Positions 1-14,278 of a stretch of 64,000 nt of DNA are shown here, one piece after another. Below the pieces are notes generated by a model. The model ran no database searches, was not told the DNA's origin, and saw only the letters and a program-made list of their open reading frames with translations. The DNA comes from Chrysomallon squamiferum (taxonomy: Eukaryota; Animalia; Mollusca): assembly GCA_012295275.1 (NCBI GenBank), contig CM022666.1, forward strand, positions 248,001-312,000, in the 5' to 3' direction. How positions within the stretch are numbered: the stretch's first letter is position 1; the number at the start of each line of letters is the position of its first letter. Position numbers and translations under genes: made by a program.

Positions 1-7
1 TTTACAG

Positions 8-1345
8 GTTCTTCAAAACAACCTACTGCACCTCAAGGTTTTATATCATTTTATTTCGTGTCAAGAATTATATTATGTTATTCCTTTTGATAAACTACAT
101 TTTATTCGTTTTATCTTAGTAGGAATAATACGTTTACAAAATGATATCATCTGGAATTCTTTACTACTCTTCAAAATTAATATTGATTGACAGTCTTCTA
201 ATCAAGAATTGATATGTTAACTAAGAAACCATATTTAATTTTGCACTTACTCATTTACACTATATTACTGTAAATCATTATCACCAGCATCACCATCGTC
301 ATTATTCTTCTTCTTCTTTTTATTATTATTATTGTGAATTTGTTTAGTTATTGTTGAGAAAGCAAGGTTGACAGTATATCCAAATCCTGTCTATGAAGGC
401 GTACCTATGACAGTTACATGTAGTGTTGGTAACATCACCCAGGTCGAAAGATTAGATATGATTGGATTAAAGAGAAAACTTGTCAGTGAAGCACAACCAA
501 TCCTTATCACTAGAGCTAAAGGAAACGAAAATGGTGGTAAAGCCAGATTGGAAGAGTCAAGTTTAAAATCAACCTCAACAGTGAGAGGAAAATGTGATAA
601 CAATGACAAAACTGGATCTTTCGTGGAAATTAGTTTGTGGACAATGAATATGTCTGGTATAATAAAATACATATGTTTCATCAATTACACTGACATATCG
701 GGGGAAATTATTCAGTATGAAACTTCAGCCTACATCACAGTTCTCAGTATGTAAAAATTTAATTTACCGTAATTACATGGGTTGTGATAATAACACATTC
801 ATTTCGTTGGACTTGACACACAATGTAAATTTAGATAATTAGTCATTTATTTCTTTTTTCAAAGTGAATCTTAATATTATATATTTTTGTGTTCATTATT
901 TAAGATACTTCACTAAATAAATAAAATGAAATAAAATAAAATTAAATTAAATTAAATAAAAGCGAAATAAATAAATAAATAAAATAAAATAAAATAAATA
1001 AAACAATTCAAACTTCAACTTGAATTTTGCTATTTGAAACATCTTCTCTCAGTACTTGACACTAGTTGTCCTGTACGATAACATCAAAATTCTATCCAAG
1101 ACGATCGTTCATTTGATCTAAAATCCACTCTGTTATTAATTATACCTGTTTTGATTTGTCGTACTTTTGTTTATACTCTTTGAAGGTAAATATAATTTTA
1201 TATATTTATATTGTTTCTTTCCAGAAATTGGAAAACCACTGGCTAAACCACATACATGTATGTATTTCATTTAAATTAAGTCATGACTCAATTGTAATTT
1301 ATTCTTTCCTTCTCTTTCAATATTTGTAAGAAATATTTTAATTAC

Positions 1346-1406
<61 letters not shown>

Positions 1407-3083
1407 CAATAAAACAAATCAGTAAGAGATCAATGTTTAATTTTAAAATCTAAATTATAAGTTTTCGCCAAATTTTCATTTATCTATCTAACCTGTCTCA
1501 TATATATACACGCACACACACACATATACAGCTACAGAGGTAGAGCTGAACGTGAATCCATATCCTGTTAGCGAAGAAACTACAACTAGAATCGAATGCA
1601 GTGTTCTTGATGCAAGTAAAATTCAAGAAATATACAATGTGAAAATAAGAAGGAAGCTGATCAATCAGGACAGTTTTACCGATGTCGCTGCTGCTTACTC
1701 TGTAAAAGATTCTGGTAAAGCTACTCTTGTAGACACGGAAATAAAAGGTATAAAATCTGTGACAGGAAAGTGTGACAACAATGACATAGCAGGATCCTTT
1801 GTACAAATTCTACTGTCACAGATTAGAAAATCTGATTCAGGCACTTACGAGTGTTCTAGCGATTTTTCTGACTCGGAAGGCTCTGAGGAACATTCTAGTG
1901 CTTTATTTGAGGTCAAAGTTGAAGGTTAGTGAATATATTAATTTACTTATGTTTAACTACATATGTGCTACAGTTTTATTGATAAATCAGATATATTTCA
2001 TATTTATTTACTTATTTCATAACCTTTTAAATTTTTATTTTTTTGAATTCCTTAATTACTGTTTATATAATTTTTTTTTTTTTTTTTTTGATTTGCAGAT
2101 AAATATTTAACAGTACAGTCTAGCAACGGTTTGTATATTATTTAATTTTTATTTCCGAATTTTAAATATTTTTTTCTTTTTATGACAGTGAAGTAGCATA
2201 AATTAGACTGGAGCAAACGTTTATAGCTTTTTCCCGTGATAGCGACATCAGTCCCTCAGTCCAAAAAAGCACAGGTGGATAAGAACCCCCCAGTAGAAAT
2301 GCAAGGAATAACACCCCCCTCAAATGAAATATACTAAGGTCCCTGATCTCAGTTTAGTACAATATGATTGTGTATGCATTGATATAAATTCTGTCTTCAA
2401 ATTGTATCCTTAATCTTAATTGTGATTGTTATTTCGTTTTAATTAATTAAGTTGATAATCATTTCATTATTATGCTGATTTTGATACAGATAGGTAGTAA
2501 GTATAATTTCATAAAGTGGTTGTTCTATCGGGAATTTTTGTCCTACAATAAGTTTCATCTGGGGAGCTTTTGTCCTACCTTGCAAATCTACTGGAGGAAG
2601 GGACTTTTATCCTGGGGTCTTATTTCTTACATTCGTTTTTTCGCAATTTGCCTTTAACCTCTTGTGTTTGAAACGTGACTGAAATATAGGATGAATATTT
2701 ATTCTGAATTCAAACATATGTGGTTGAACAAATCTATGTATTAACATCCTAATATTGAATTTCATTTAGAAAACGCTTTTGTTCGAAACCACACGTTAAT
2801 ATTTTCGCGTTTTTATATTTTGCATTTATTATGATCATCATTATTATTAATTCTATTGTTTCTGTTGTTCTGATTGTCATTATTATTATTATTATTATTA
2901 TTATTGTTATTGTTGTTGTTGTTATTATTATTACTACTACTACTACTACTACTACTATTTTAATTTTTTCTTGTTAATATACGTATTAATATTTGAATTT
3001 CATTTAATAAAAACGCGTTTGTTCCCATCGAGACGTTAATAATTTTGCGATGTATATTTTCTTATGACTGTCATTATTATTAT

Positions 3084-3129
<46 letters not shown>

Positions 3130-3207
3130 GCTATTACTATTATTTTTATTCTTTTGTTGCTGTTGTTGTCGTTGTTTGTGTTGTTGTTATTATTATTCTT
3201 GTGATAG

Positions 3208-3239
<32 letters not shown>

Positions 3240-3834
3240 TTTATTATATTATGTTATTATATGTTTTATTATATTATATTATTATATGATTTCTTTGTTT
3301 TTTTTTTATTTTGTTTTGCAGACGATTCTGTGTCCAGTCTTCCAATTATCTTGACAGTTCTCGCTGCTATTACTCTTGTTGTTTTCGTTATATACACAGT
3401 GCGAAATAAACGACGTCAAACTAAACGTGATAGTTCCACAAAGAAAAGTATTAATTTTTATTTACATCTGTTTCTTTGATCTTAATTGAAATACTACATT
3501 TGGTGAATATCAGGGTGTTTGATAGATTACATAGTGGTTAGAGTAGTAATAACAGATAGCAGTAATGTGTAGGATATAATGTATGCGCTGATTTGTGCAT
3601 TTCCTTAAATCTAATTTCATTACGATCATTTCTGTCAACGAAAACTAATTTGGTATAAACATTGTGAAGGTGGTGGAGTTCTGATCTTGAGGTCGATGGA
3701 TGGAAATTGTTTAATGTTGGAGTTAATTACTTTTCTTACTGCTATAAATAAATTGTTCACTGGTTTCTTTACTACTATTGCTATTGTTATTTTCCCCCAT
3801 TATCATTGTTATTATTTTATTTATTATTGTTATA

Positions 3835-3871
<37 letters not shown>

Positions 3872-4219
3872 CAGCTTTCAGTTAAATGGAATTACTACAT
3901 GACTTATTTATTGATTTGATAAATAGCGCTAATTTTAAAATTATGTATATGATTTCAAAGTGAGAAGAAGTATTTTGTGTACACCACATGGGTAACAAAT
4001 GTTGATGGTGGAGTTCGAATATGTTACTTTATGTTGACTCCTGTCTCTAGCCTCTATGGTGGACTGGTCAGTCACCCATTTATTTATACACTATTGTCCA
4101 CGGTGCAGTGATCAGTTACGTATTTATTATACACTAATAATTTTGTTGTCGCTGCTGTTGTTGTTATTGTATTTCTTATGTGTTTTTCTTTTCTTTCAGG
4201 TGATGCTGAGACGACATAA
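8..4219 (+). CDS. G1: 3' part of multi-Ig type-I membrane protein (5' exons outside window)
   Basis: Exons: linker 8-37, IgD 348-746, linker 1225-1257, IgE 1532-1924, linker 2099-2128, TM 3322-3447, tail 4200-4219 (SDAETT*). All have AG acceptors and phase-1 junctions; the joined frame is open. Confidence 0.8.
348..746 (+). CDS. G1 Ig domain D exon
   Basis: tttag|TTATTG...CTCA|gtatgt, 399 nt; VTC...GKC...KYIC. Confidence 0.85.
1532..1924 (+). CDS. G1 Ig domain E exon
   Basis: acag|CTACAG...GAAG|gttagt, 393 nt; IEC...DSGTYEC V-set motif. Confidence 0.85.
2270..2632. mobile_element. MITE-like relic with inverted subterminal repeats, in the intron before the TM exon of G1-G4
   Basis: Left ggataagaacccc motifs face right gggacttttatcc/ggagcttttgtcct motifs. 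Copies near 16965-17320, 30995-31420 and 44420-44690; not seen in G5. Boundaries approximate. Confidence 0.4.
3322..3447 (+). CDS. G1 transmembrane exon
   Basis: ttgcag|ACGATT...AAGAAAA|gtatta, 126 nt; LPIILTVLAAITLVVFVIYTV followed by basic RNKRRQTKR. Confidence 0.8.
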
Positions 4220-5163
4220 GCTGTAATTATATTATTACTTTGTTATTTTTATTAAAGTTTACAGTGTGCACTTGTCGATAAAATAAATATTATCTTTATG
4301 ATGTACTCAAACGCAATTGTTATATTAAATCATTTAATATATATATGAAACAATATGTTGTAATTCGTTATAAACTGACGTTATAAAATGTATTTGATAG
4401 GAATACATTTATTTAACTTTTCTATTCTAAGATCACGTTAAGCAGTGTGTGTTGTTATATTAACTTTATCATTTGAGTGTGCCTGCAAGCGACAGATATA
4501 ATATGTCAGTCTTTCAAGGTTTCTAAAGTTTACTCATTTCGTTTCTCTTTAGGTAGAAAAAGACAGATAAAGGTACTTACTCGATATGTGGCTGATGTTG
4601 CCTCCTTATTTATTTATTTATTTATTTATATTCTTATTGTTGTTGTTATTAATTGCTTTTATTTATGTTTTTATTACTATTTCTATTATTACTGTGATTG
4701 TTGTTGTTGTTGTTCTTCTTCTTATTACTGTTATTACTGATGTTGCTGATTATTATTATTATTATTATTATTATTGGTGAATGTATACAATTTTTTTTGT
4801 TTTCATTGTTGTTAAATCAGTTATTGTTATCATTATTATTACTATTAATACAGCAAATTTGATTAAAAAATAAATAAAATAAAATAAAAATAAAAATATA
4901 AATAAATAAAAAAAAAAAAAAGAAAGAAAAAAGACATAGAAGTTGAGGGAAAAAGAAAAAAGAAAGAAAAAAGAGAATTCATGAAATGACTAGAAATAGA
5001 AAATTTAATGGTTAAGTTTGGTTATTCTATTTATTTTTTCGTTTTTGTTTTTTGCTTTTAATAATACTATTGACATAATGAGAATTGTAGGCGACTGGAA
5101 AAGTTCTGTACTAGTAAAGAACATTTAACTTTGTTGGTGTTTTTTCTTTGTTTTTATTTCTTC

Positions 5164-5194
<31 letters not shown>

Positions 5195-6558
5195 TTTTTT
5201 TTTTTTGGTTTCTTTTAACTTTTCAATGTCTAACATTTTGCAGAAAAGTAAACTTCATCTAGCTGTTTAGTACACTGTGACTCAAAGACACCAGGAAGAA
5301 AATATCTTCGAGAAAGAGATTGTTGATAAAAAGTTCTGACAGTTTCAACTTTAGTTTTCTACAGTTAAATGAAAATCAGTCTTTATGAAATAAATATGTT
5401 GATAAAGTGCTTTCTTTTGTTCGTTCGGAGAAAGTAATATATATATTTTTTTTTTTTGAAAGTTTTAGTTAAAGAAAAAAGAAAAAAAAAAAATCCCTCA
5501 GTATAGTGTTCTGTGCAATCTTTTCAGCGAGAAATGTTATAAATTCGTAAAACATTTCCTAGAAATAATGAAAATACGATTTTTGTAATTGAAACTAACC
5601 CTGTAAAGAAAACACTTTAATTAAACATAATCAAGACAAAAATTAACCTCAATAAGAAGTGTAAAATTCGTTTACATTGTGTTATTATAAATGTCTTTGG
5701 TTTCATTTCTTGTTTCTTTAACTGATATATGTAATAATAAAACAGTATTTCATAGTGCTGTCATCTGTAGTTTCCTTTGGCGAAGTAATTCATTTCATTA
5801 TTGGAAATATACTGTCGTTTTGCTTATTAATAAAACCTGTTCCTTTCGAATAGTGTTTTTATTACTCTGTTCATTAATGTGTTATAAGTGTATGTTCTTG
5901 AATATAAGTTGTTCAGAAAAATATTTTATTAATACAACCCAGATATAACGTTTAACTGCCTGCTGAACAGCCGGATGCTTGTATTTCATTACACTAATGC
6001 AATAACACAGATTGTTCATCAAGAAACATTTTATTTTCATTACAACAACTCACAAATATGCCTGAGATCCATTTTTTTTTTTTTTTTTATAAGTTCCAGC
6101 TTTCTTCAGCATCGAGTTACAATGTTAGTCGTAGTAATATTATTAATAATCAAAATCAATTGTTGAGAACCCTTTCCTCAAAGCACTTTACAATGAGAGT
6201 ATATTAAGAACAAAATGGAATTTATCATGAGGCCTCTAATCAAACAATCACAAATACGACAGTTTTTATATACTTCTGATGTTATTAAAAGCAGATCTCA
6301 GTTCAGTTATGTTATCAAACATCAGTATATTACAGAAGCATTCTTACTGGAACGAAATACAGAACCATTAAAGATAGATGTTACATTAATTAGTAGACTA
6401 AGCAACAATCGTAAGATTGGTGAGTTCATTTTGATGCAGCTGATTTCAAGTGATCGAGTAGGGTGGGGTAAAACGGCAGGTTGGGATCAAACGCGTACCT
6501 TTCTCTATTTTAGTATATTTTGTAATGATCTGTGACGCTGTCGATGTTTTGTAATTTA

Positions 6559-6595
<37 letters not shown>

Positions 6596-6799
6596 TATTA
6601 TTATTATTATCAGTTGTATTAGTAGTAGTGGTGGATGTAGTTGCAGTAGTGATCTATTTTCAAGAATGATATATATTACTTAATTTAGAGATTTATGATC
6701 CAGTTGACGTTAAAACTAAAGAAAAACGGCAGTTCCTTGGTAATTGACATTTTTTACAAATGTACCGGTGTAGTATATCATCAAACGACACACACACAC

Positions 6800-6901
<102 letters not shown>

Positions 6902-7124
6902 TTGTTCCATAAACTTTTATGTTTTCATTAAGGCAAATCTGAAAATAAATTATTATTGTTGTTGTTGTTGTTGTTGTTATTCGCTATTTGTTTGGTCCTG
7001 CTTTTTAAACTCAAATGTTGATCAAAATCCATCATACCCCAAATGTATCTATGTTTTCCCAAATGTTTTGGGGGTAAAAGTGTTGGTTGATGAATATTTT
7101 ATAAACAGTTAATAATAATAATAA

Positions 7125-7155
<31 letters not shown>

Positions 7156-8062
7156 AAGAAGACAGTTTTTGGGGATGTGACTATAAATGGATCAGAATCT
7201 GAATTTCATTTGGAAAGTATTTAAGAAATTACTTCTAAATACATATTTCTCATAACCTGTTTGAATGTGGGGGTGGATTTTATTAAGATAATTTCAAACC
7301 AAAGAGGAGACTGAATATGGAAATTTGTATTGAGTTATCTATCTATCACTTATTATGTATGTATTAAGTTTTGAACCAAGTAACAAGCTTATCTTAACAT
7401 AACAATTTTTTTCTTCTCCACTAACACTAATTAGACACTTATTCCATTGTGAGTTCCAATATTTGTTCAAAGGTATTCCTTCAACAACAGAAGAAGAAAT
7501 TTTTTCTAAATACCACTGAATAAGCAAGAAGGTTAATTTTAGAAACCAAAGTCTTGTGACAGAGGTACATTTTTGGATTATTACAAATAAATAAACTAGT
7601 CAAAACCTTTAAAGATTTTGTGTTGAAGGTCTCGAACATGCAGTCCTATCTAAAATTATTCCGAGAAGTGATGTGCCTAAATAACTGAGGTGGACGCACA
7701 GTTTCGCAATCTATACGTAACCGATTCGATATCATTTCAACCTAGATTCAACAATTATGTTGTAATTTAATCCGATGAAATCGACATTTTTGAAAACTGA
7801 TCATTTTGCTTAGAAATAATAATCTTCAAACAGAATTTGGGAGGTTTCAGTTGCGGATAATTGACTGAATAACCATAACTTAATGCGTCGTTCGACAGAA
7901 ATTAGCATGGTCATCTAGCGGTGGTCACGTAAATTCTTTCAGCTACAATTCTACTGGTTTTTTAGGTTTTTTTTTTTTTTCTTTAAGTATGAAATAAATC
8001 TTCTTCTGCGATATATTTCTGAATGGGGTCTGTTGCTTGAAAATAGTCAAGACACTTTAAAT

Positions 8063-8103
<41 letters not shown>

Positions 8104-8402
8104 TTCGACAGATTAATGAAGCTAAGATATTGTTTTTCTATGTAGTCAAGCCTGTTTGCAGGAAGATTACTCGTAGAGTTAACCTCAAGAGCGTACAAAG
8201 TAATTTATGAAGTAGGTTTGCGATATGTTTGTAGAAACATAACCCCAAAGCACTTTTGATTGAAATTAAATGTTGTTTCTTTTTTCTCACAATACTAGGT
8301 ATCATCCGAGCAAGAAACACAATTTCAGCTAAAATGGATCGAAACACCATGGCAATCCACAAGTATAGGACGTTTTGAGTACCTACGCTATAGCTTCAAA
8401 AT

Positions 8403-8495
8403 TATAAATTTCTTAAGACACAGGGTGGGGGTATGCTTTTAGGTCATGTGAAACCCACGATCTAAATTAATGTGTGACGTGACAGCAACGTCATA
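8403..8495 (+). promoter_or_regulatory. Putative G2 promoter: TATAAA plus CRE/ATF-like TGACG half-sites
   Basis: TATAAA 8403-8408 and tgacgtgacagcaacgtca about 60 bp upstream of the ATG; similar motifs precede G3, G4 and G5. Confidence 0.35.
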
Positions 8496-8542
8496 GATAT
8501 TTCAAAAGACAGGGTAAATATTCGGGATCGACACATTTCATC

Positions 8543-8588
8543 ATGTCAGACCGGATTTTTTTATTATGTTTTGCAGTTTGGCCAGTAG
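8543..8588 (+). CDS. G2 signal-peptide exon
   Basis: MSDRIFLLCFAVWPV then G|gtaagt; joins IgA as VKG-LIITV; conserved before every full unit. Confidence 0.8.
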
Positions 8589-8780
8589 GTAAGTGAACTG
8601 TTAGATCAGTTTGATAAATTAATATTTCAATGACATTTAATGAACACTTTTGTTAATTTCTGTAAATAATATTAAAGCTCATTATGTACAGTTTGAATTG
8701 AAAATGATGAGCTGTTATCGGTAAAACAAAGGAATTCGCGTAACGTCATCTGGGTTTAGCGAACCCCTTACTACTACTAT

Positions 8781-8860
<80 letters not shown>

Positions 8861-9376
8861 AGAAGAAAAAGAATAATAAAAAAATGGTTTAGCGAACTCC
8901 CTACTACTACTGTTAATACTACTACTACCTATTATTATTATTATTATTATTATAGAACAAATAAATACATTAATGAAATAAACAAAATCTGAAGCAAATG
9001 CTGACGCAAACTCTATCAAAAATTGTACAAAATTAACTCCTAACTTTATCTTTTCAAGCCAAATGAATAAATGCCAATAACACAAAATAAAATTAAATAT
9101 AAGCAAATAAATAATAATAAATTAAGAAAAGTGTTTATGCTGTAACTTAGCTACTTATAAAATGTGGAATTATAAGAAATAATAATTAAAGAAAAAGGAA
9201 TTCAAGGCCTTTCAATATAAGCAGCAATTATTAATGTTCAACTTTGTTTAGAAAGTGATGTTAAAAGTAAAACACAATCCAGGAATTACACATAGCGCCT
9301 CTAAACAAGCAATAACAAATAAGCGGGGTTTTAATATACTTTTGGTGCTATTAAGAACAGCTCTTAGTTCATTATT

Positions 9377-9424
<48 letters not shown>

Positions 9425-9600
9425 ACTATTATTATTATTTATTTTTTATTTAAAGTATATTTTTAGCTATTCGATTATTCAGTCAAACTTGTAAATTTTT
9501 GTCATCATTAAGGCAATTTGAAAATCAATTATTATTATTATTATTATTATTATTGTTGTTGTTGTTGTTGTTTTCTCTGTTTTGGATATACTGAGATGAT

Positions 9601-9684
<84 letters not shown>

Positions 9685-12600
9685 TGACAACATATGCGTA
9701 TCGATATTTTTCAGTCTTTTATTCTTAAAGGGTAAGACTTCTCTTTCCAGAAAAAACTACTGTTTCTGTAAATTTCTTAAATCAGTTAGAAAAGAATTTG
9801 AAATATCACGCACGATATTAGACTAAATACAAGTAATAATAATACAAATAATAATAAGAAGAAGAAGAACAAGAAAAAGAAAAGGAATACTGATAATTTT
9901 GTATGTCTAAGCATCTGTGTGAATTAATAAGATAAGAAAAAAGAAGAAACACAAGAAAAATTAGAGAAATGAATGATGTACATTATTATTTATTTATTTA
10001 TATATGTATTTATTTATTTCTCAACAGTTAAAGGACTGATAATCACAGTAAGACCAAATCCTATTTATGAAGGCGATTCTATGACAGTAAGATGTGATAT
10101 TGAAGACTTCAGCAAGATCGATAGGATCTTCGCCTTCACAATAACAAGAAAACCTCTCCGTGCTCAAAATTATACCACTGTGTGCGTTGTATACACACAA
10201 TGGCGCAATAATAGAGCGTTTCTCATGGATGAATCATTAAGATCAGTAACAACAGTAACAGGAAAAATTGACGACGTGAACAAAGAAGAAAGTTTTATAC
10301 AAGTAGTACTGACACCTGTGACTAGCGATCTTATAGGACAATACGAATGCTCGATGATGTATAAACGACCAGACTATAACGTCATAATTGACAGAGTTTC
10401 CATGAAAATTAATGTTCTGAGTAAGTGAACAGATTAATATAGCACTTGTTATTAGATTGTTAGTACAGTAAAAAAAAAAAAAATTCTTATTTATATACCA
10501 TTTATGTAGTAGACAGAAGGATCAAGGCTATAAAGTTATATCTTCATCTTTTCATTTTTTTCAAAGTAAACACAAATGCATTTTTTTTTCATTGTTTATA
10601 CCATTTGTTTTATATTTTCAGATGCCGTGTTTCCAAAGTCTATAATTCGAGGTTTGTATAATTTATTATATATATATATATATATATGCGGAAAGACAGA
10701 AAAAATATAATATATATATTTCCTTTTTGTTTTTCTTCTTTTTCTATTTCTTTTTTTTTTTAAATGTTAAAATCTATTTCTCTCTTACAGTTTTTTGTTT
10801 TCTTCTAACTAAAATGAATGTATAATATACTCATTTAGTGAACATCTAACTGTTGGTCAGAAGTTGCTTTTCAAACCTTCACGACAAACTGTAAAATATA
10901 CAACTTTAAGCATATATTTTAAATAAATATACCTATTCACCTTTTATAAATGAGTCAAGGAATTATATAGTGATTACTTTGAATGTGTTAATGAATGTCT
11001 CGTGTCAAACTGTATGTGATAAATACCGTCATCAGTGGGAAACAAAATCGCTGAGGAACGTAACAGTTTCAGATTTTAACAGTACTGAAAAAATTATTCG
11101 AAAAGCTAAACATTTCAACATTTGTTTCCTTAAATATGCACCATTCAGTGCACACGAACTGTGACACAGAGGTACTTCTGAAAAATGTTACACTCCTCGA
11201 GACATGAAAGATAGGTGGTAGAATAATTAGGTTGTGGGATGCCTATCCACTTCAGTGATCTGTTTTAATGATAAAATGTATTTCTGTTAATTTTAAAGCC
11301 ACATACCCCAACACATTTTTGCTGTTATCTATTAGAACAGTGAATTCTATATTTTTTTATCAAGATTATCAGAAATGCTGTTTAAAATATTAGTATACTT
11401 CCATATTAAAAGTAAGTTTGAACAAACGGAGAACTAACAATATAATTACCTATGTCCATCTGAATTATTCTGTTGCTCAGTGGAAACTCGTTCTCCTCTG
11501 TGATTCTAAAGTCTGCCCTAAGACCTCTCTAATGTCTGCTATTTTCAAACAGACTAAAAAGGAGAGAAGATTTTGTGTTTAGTAAGGAAACATACAGGCT
11601 ATCATTTCAACTAAACACAAAGACTTTCAATAAACAAGTGTCTAACAAGTGTGATACATCTCTTAGAAATTGAAAATCTAATATTATAGCCAATTTGAGA
11701 TAAACGATTTTGAAATATTTTATCTCTACTTGCTTAGTTGTATCTGAAGAGTGTGATATATCTCTACACATGTTGAGTCAGGGAACACGTTATTGCCAGA
11801 TGGCATTACTCACTACCTTTCACATCCATGTACACAAACTGAATATTTTCCCTGCATAGAAGAAATCACTTTCTAATATTTCACCGTCCGGGAATCGTTG
11901 CACAGAAAATTGACAGATTGAAATTATAATAATATGAAATGTTAAAAATTGAAATATCAACTAGAAATTGAAAATCTAAAATTATAGGCAGTTTAACTTA
12001 AACGATTTTGAAATATTTTATCTCTACTTTTTTAGTTGTATCTGATGAAGTAAAACTGACATTAGATTCGAATCCTGCCTACGAAAGAACCCCTCTAGTA
12101 ATCAGATGTGAACCTGGTACCTCCGAAGAAGTCGAGGATGTAAGAACACTAGCAATAAGAAGACAATTTCCCTACGATTATGAACCAACTACTATAGCTA
12201 GTGCTGCTACCAAAGAGGAAATGGGTGAAGCCAATATCAAAGACACAGATTTAGAGAAAACAGCAACTGTTTCAGGACTGTGTGACGGGAAAAATGTAAA
12301 GAATTCTTATATTGAGCTTATACTGCCGGTCATGACTAGCAATGATTCAGCAGAGTACATTTGCTACATCGAATATGAAAACCCAGATGAAGATATTCTG
12401 AATTCTGAGATTTCTAGGAAAATCACTGTTGCACGTAAGCAATGACGTCAGTTTAACATAATTATTCCCAATGATGCACAGGATTTTATTTATTTATTTA
12501 TTTTTTAATTTAATACATTTTTATTTATTTATTATATTTTTTTCTTGATATGAAATATTTCTAATTTATTTGTAAAATTATTTTGTATTTACCATATCTA

Positions 12601-14234
12601 AACTTGTTCTTTGACCTGTTATTATTACATTGTTATCAGTTTTTTATTTTTCTCTCTCATCAAGTATAAATTTCGAATAATTTAATTCCACATCTAAACA
12701 ATTTCAGGTGTTTACATTTATCCTAATGAAACGTTTAAACATTCACTTTAGAAAAATAAACCCAGAGCAACCTTCAGTGTCCCATCTTTTCTAGAAAGAA
12801 ATTAAAATAAAAATGTTAACGAAATTCTTACTTACTCAGAATTTTGACCATAAGTCCGTTCTTTTAACCTATTCATTGCTTGAACCAGTAATGTGAGTTG
12901 TATTTACTGTTTACTCACAAATGTCATACTGCAAATGGATGAAACTAGCATACAGAATATGTTCAGCGTGTTTGGTATCTCATAACAATTAAGTAAAAGG
13001 TGACTCTTTGATATCTAATAATTGTTCTTTATAAAAGATGGTGGCGTGACTTTGATGAACATGCGATCTTCTGTTCAGAAAATATTTCAGCTGCTCTCTT
13101 TACTCATTTGTGTTCCGTGTGTGAACATTCATTTATCACCACTAAAATCGTTTCATATAATAGAATGTGAAGATTATAAACAAACGTTTATAATTTACTC
13201 TGTTCTCTTTAACAGCATTCTCAAGACCAACACCGGAAGTTCAAGGTATTTTGTATAATTTTCTGTAATATTTTATAGAATCCTTGTAATTAAATGCAAA
13301 GAGCTTTATTAATAACTAAACGTTCCTTTGAATAAAAATCTTTTAGAATATTTCAACCAGAAGATTTCGAATATACAATTCCGTAGCCTAAAACAAACAC
13401 GATTTGCATCATTATGCACACAAAAAGCTGAAGACATAGGTAAAGAGTAAGAAAAAAATGAAAACGAATGACATATATCATAAATTCATTTCTTGCGAAA
13501 GGTTTTTCAACTTAAAATAAAATATTCTTATAAACAATTTGGTTTCCGCAATTACTATTATTATTACTGTTATAGTCTGTATGTATCTAAGCTCGTGTGT
13601 GCACATACAGACAATGCATACGCTCTCATATATCGTATGTTTTTAGCTGTGACCGATGTACTGTACATGAATATAATTCCAAATACTGTGTATGAAGGAA
13701 CTCGTGTGACAATCACATGCAAAATTGCCAGAATTCTTGCAGTTCAATATCTCGAGCATTTGACTCTAAAGCAAAAGCTGATAAATAAGGAGGAAACAAC
13801 AATAGCTTATGCTTCGACAGTAAGTTACAACGGCAAAGCCAGCTCGGTAGGAAATAATGTACGAAAAGTGACAGGAAAGTGTCAGGACAGTGACAAAAAG
13901 GGATCTTTCCTTCAGATTGAACTGCTACCAATGAAGATCTCTGATTCAGCACAGTACAAATGTTACTGTCATTATGTGAATATTTCTGGTCTGCATACGA
14001 CTTCTGTAGTTTATGCAGATGTCAGAGTCCAGAGTAAGAAATAACATTTTTTTTTTTTAAATAAATTCTTTTTTTTTTTTTTTTTTTTTTTTTTTTGAAT
14101 TTGAATTGATGAAAAGTATGGAAGGTAGAAAAGAAAAAACTAATAGTAATAATAAAACTGTTAATAATAAATATAGTAGTACTAGTAATAATAATAATAA
14201 TAATAAATAAAATAATAATAATGATGATGAATAA

Positions 14235-14278
<44 letters not shown>

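Noticed and set aside
391-684. 97-aa antisense ORF repeated in all five IgD copies; shorter antisense ORFs over IgB, IgC and IgE
   Set aside because: Fully nested in the sense exon; its conservation is explained by IgD near-identity, and it has no independent splice or domain signal
1925-1929. In-frame stops just inside most Ig donors as programmed secreted isoforms
   Set aside because: Expected by chance from GTAAGT/GTTAGT donors in AT-rich introns; no supporting evidence
3045-3321. Poly-Y/I/L/N and poly-RE/LS ORFs throughout the window
   Set aside because: Translations of (TTA)n, (TAC)n, (TTG)n and (AG)n microsatellites; only the parts overlapping real exons are coding
10970-11164. 64-aa ORF MITLNVLMNVSC repeated at 25394-25588
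   Set aside because: Intronic sequence of recently duplicated G2/G3; disrupted in G4
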